This document shows positions 61,593 through 64,000 of a stretch of DNA of 64,000 nt, piece by piece (the stretch's first letter is position 1; each line of letters starts with the position of its first letter). A program made the position numbers and the translations under genes. This DNA comes from Mobula hypostoma (Eukaryota): contig NC_086097.1 in the NCBI RefSeq assembly GCF_963921235.1, positions 131,256,001 to 131,320,000 on the forward strand, in the 5' to 3' direction. The notes under the pieces were generated by a model. That model saw nothing but the letters and a program-made list of their open reading frames with translations. It had not been told where the DNA came from and made no database searches.

Positions 61593-62789
61593 GCAATTCA
61601 TTTTCCGCCCGCTCCCAATCGCCCGTCAATTGTCAGCCTTGGGGATGTTTGTATGCTGTAGCAAAACATGGCAGATGCTGGAAGTCCGAAATAATGAACA
61701 GAACATGCTAGAAAAACCCAGCAGCAGCATCATTGTGAGTGCCGATGTTTCCGATCGAATTCAGTCAATGACTGAACACCCACTGCGGCATGGGAAAGAA
61801 ACGTCCCCTGAATGGAGAAGTTTTGTCTTAGTCCTCTTCATGAGACTGTGACATCTGGTTTTAGATTCTAGGTAGAGGAAATAGGTACTCAGTATCCATG
61901 CTGACAATTCCTCATCGATTCGTCCTTCAGTGAGATCAGCTCCCATTCTTTATATATGAACCAAGTGTGTTGGAAGCAGTTCAAATGGAGAGCTCCAGAT
62001 TGACTTTGGACATGGAAGGTGAGCACAACAGGTGACTGAAGCTTGTGCACGTACTTAGAGCTTGGGCTGTATACATTGGCCAGGTCATTGGGATGAACAA
62101 CATTGCTTTTCTTCCAAAAAGCACAGTGGGAACTTTTACACCTACAGTATCTAAGAAGATGGGTACTGCCAATTGAAGGAAAACTGTTAAATGTGTCTCA
62201 AAGTGCTTTATACACAATTACGTTCTTATGTGGGAGTTATGTTGTAGTGGAAATCGTGCTTAATCTTTGATGGATGGGCCACACCATTCACATGGAGTCC
62301 CAGAATGCACTCCTCTTCAGATTCCACTTGACAAGAGGTCTACCCGAAGGACAGTGAAAATACTTCAAAGATGTTCTTAATGTCCTTAGGAATCCTTGGC
62401 CTGTGTCTACTCAAAACAAAGAAGGAGCATCTGAAATGGAACTGAGCACTATGTGACTCTCTGGTGGGGTCTCATGATTTAAAATGAACAGAAGGAGTGA
62501 GGTATATCTTAAGACAACCAGCTATCGTACACCTCCAGTCCCACAACCAATGGGAGAATCTGAAGGTCCAACTTAAGGATTATCCAGTTACCACAGAACT
62601 CACAGAACTGGAGGAGAAAAAAAAAATCCTTGTTCACTATGCACTGTCTATGTAGGAAACAGAGACATCCCACAAACAGAAATACAACAATGACTAAGTA
62701 ATCTCACGTCATTTGAGGACTTGTGAACACAAAGCACCCTCAAGCAGAAATGAGATTATTTCAGGTTATTGGGTTATTTCAGGTCAGTT

Positions 62790-62897
62790 GAAACATAGAA
62801 ACATAGAAACATAGAAAATAGGTGCAGGAGTAGGCCATTCGGCCCTTCGAGCCTGCACCGCCATTCAGTATGATCATGGCAGATCATCCAACTCAGA
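62790..62897 (-). mobile_element. Very short CR1 3' end, same young family as 34364-37191
   Basis: Near-identical reverse complement of 37088-37194, including the (TTTCTATG)n tail. Confidence 0.95.
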
Positions 62898-63007
62898 GGG
62901 ATGCATATTGCCTGGAATACTACACCATTTTGTTAAAACACTCTTCTTGGATCCTCAACACCTACCAGTAGATATTACCAGATAGACACAGAATAGATAG
63001 TGGCTTT

Positions 63008-63142
63008 CCTCTACAGTCCTGATGAAGGGTTCCGGCCTGAATCATTGACTGATCATTTCCACGGATGCTGCCCAACCTGCTGAGTTCCTCCAGCGTGTTG
63101 TGAGTGTTGCTTTGACCCCAGCATTTGCAGATTATTTTGTGG
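63008..63142 (+). mobile_element. Penelope-like pLTR with hammerhead motif
   Basis: CAGTC-CTGATGA-AGG-GTTCCGG-CCT-GAA-TCATT-GACTG at 63014-63051. Confidence 0.85.
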
Positions 63143-63628
63143 TTAAGGTAATGGCTCCGTGTACCCGAAGGGTGGCACCTCTCAGAGTGCGCAACACCTT
63201 CAGTAATTCCAGGCATGCTAGCCTGGAATTTTGAAATGAACACCCTGGATTAAAGACTTTGATCCACAATCTTCTGACCCAAAGCACGTGTAATACCAAC
63301 TGCATTAGAGCTGATGCACTCCATGATAGATTCAGTACATTAAGGCCATTTAAACTGTAATCAAATTTATGAAATTATTTCAAAAAGCACATTTTGAGAT
63401 ATTGGACACAGAGACATATCTCTTCATTGGTCCAGTCTAGTCTGAAGTAGGCTTTACCTTGCTTTGGGCAATTTGTTTTTGATATTTCATTTAACTTCTT
63501 TCTACTTTTTGTTAATTGAACTAAGCTCACTTAAGTGGAAGAAAATGTAGGCTATTTGGCACTGTTGTACTTGGCTGGGAACCAATAAGATTCCGTTCTT
63601 TTACCTGTATCTTGCAATAACTCATATA

Positions 63629-64000
63629 CAGTGGATTCCAGTTAACTGGGACACATTGGGACCAAAATATTTGGCCCACATAAGCAGCTGTCCCAATTAG
63701 CTGAAATTTCATAGAAGTGGTTAAAAAGGTGTAAAAAGACAAACTGAGAAACAAATAATGTCTTTAAATGAAATACAGAACAACTTAGAACACTACCAAT
63801 ATTGCTACAGTACTATAATAATGCGATTTGTTCCTAATAATTATCGAAGGAGGAATTCATCCAGTGTACACAATGAACAAAATCAGCACTGACTCCTTGT
63901 ATGGACTGCCTTCATACAATGCTATCAACGATTGCATTCTCCAGATCTTCATTTTCATTGAAACTTACAAGATGATTGTTAATACCTTGAAATTCTTCAT
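63629..64000 (-). mobile_element. Tigger/pogo-like DNA transposon end, running off the window
   Basis: TA then CAGTGGATTCCAGTTAACTGGGACAC (TIR-like) with an internal inverse TGTCCCAATTA. Minus strand encodes the acidic EEFQGINNHL..NENEDLENAIVDSIV. Confidence 0.7.

Larger units (their letters stand above)
62640..63320 (-). mobile_element. DeuSINE (SacSINE1/AmnSINE1-related) remnants split by later insertions
   Basis: Minus head GCAGTTGGTA..GGGTCAGAAGATTGTGGATCAAAG..TACTGAAGGTGTTGCGCACTCTGAGAGGTGCC, plus Deu-domain-like CAATATGCATCCCTC and TTCTGTTTGTGGGA..GTTTCCTACAT. Confidence 0.6.

Noticed and set aside
1..64000. Host protein-coding exons, viral inserts or prokaryotic systems
   Set aside because: Every ORF with recognisable motifs is transposon-derived. 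The remaining short ORFs lack domains, and no compositionally foreign gene-dense segment is visible.

Overview
This is vertebrate nuclear DNA, non-coding apart from transposon remnants. The repeat mix (CR1, Rex1/Babar-type LINEs, Neptune-type Penelope-like elements, HE1/V-SINE, DeuSINE, Tc1, Tigger) points to a cartilaginous fish, probably a ray; this is inferred, not searched. Bases ~1-250 on the minus strand read CCAATcgtCTGTCAG...ATGATTAATCGCAATGCATTATTGATAATCATAATTA...GACATGCGC...AATTTCCGTAATTTTG. From memory, this is the conserved promoter/5'UTR block of spalt-like (SALL) genes, most likely SALL1, with the coding region just off the left edge. The window would then be ~64 kb of upstream gene desert: a ~5.4 kb CpG-rich, transposon-free zone, several transposon-poor blocks that look like conserved enhancers, and heavily nested retroelements in between. 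I found no host protein-coding gene, tRNA/rRNA gene, CRISPR array or prokaryotic system. The most interesting signals are a candidate 14-aa uORF in the SALL leader, minimal hammerhead-ribozyme motifs in Penelope-like terminal repeats, a near-intact young CR1, and nested insertions with readable target-site duplications (TSDs). Family assignments come from motif recognition only, and repeat boundaries are approximate.
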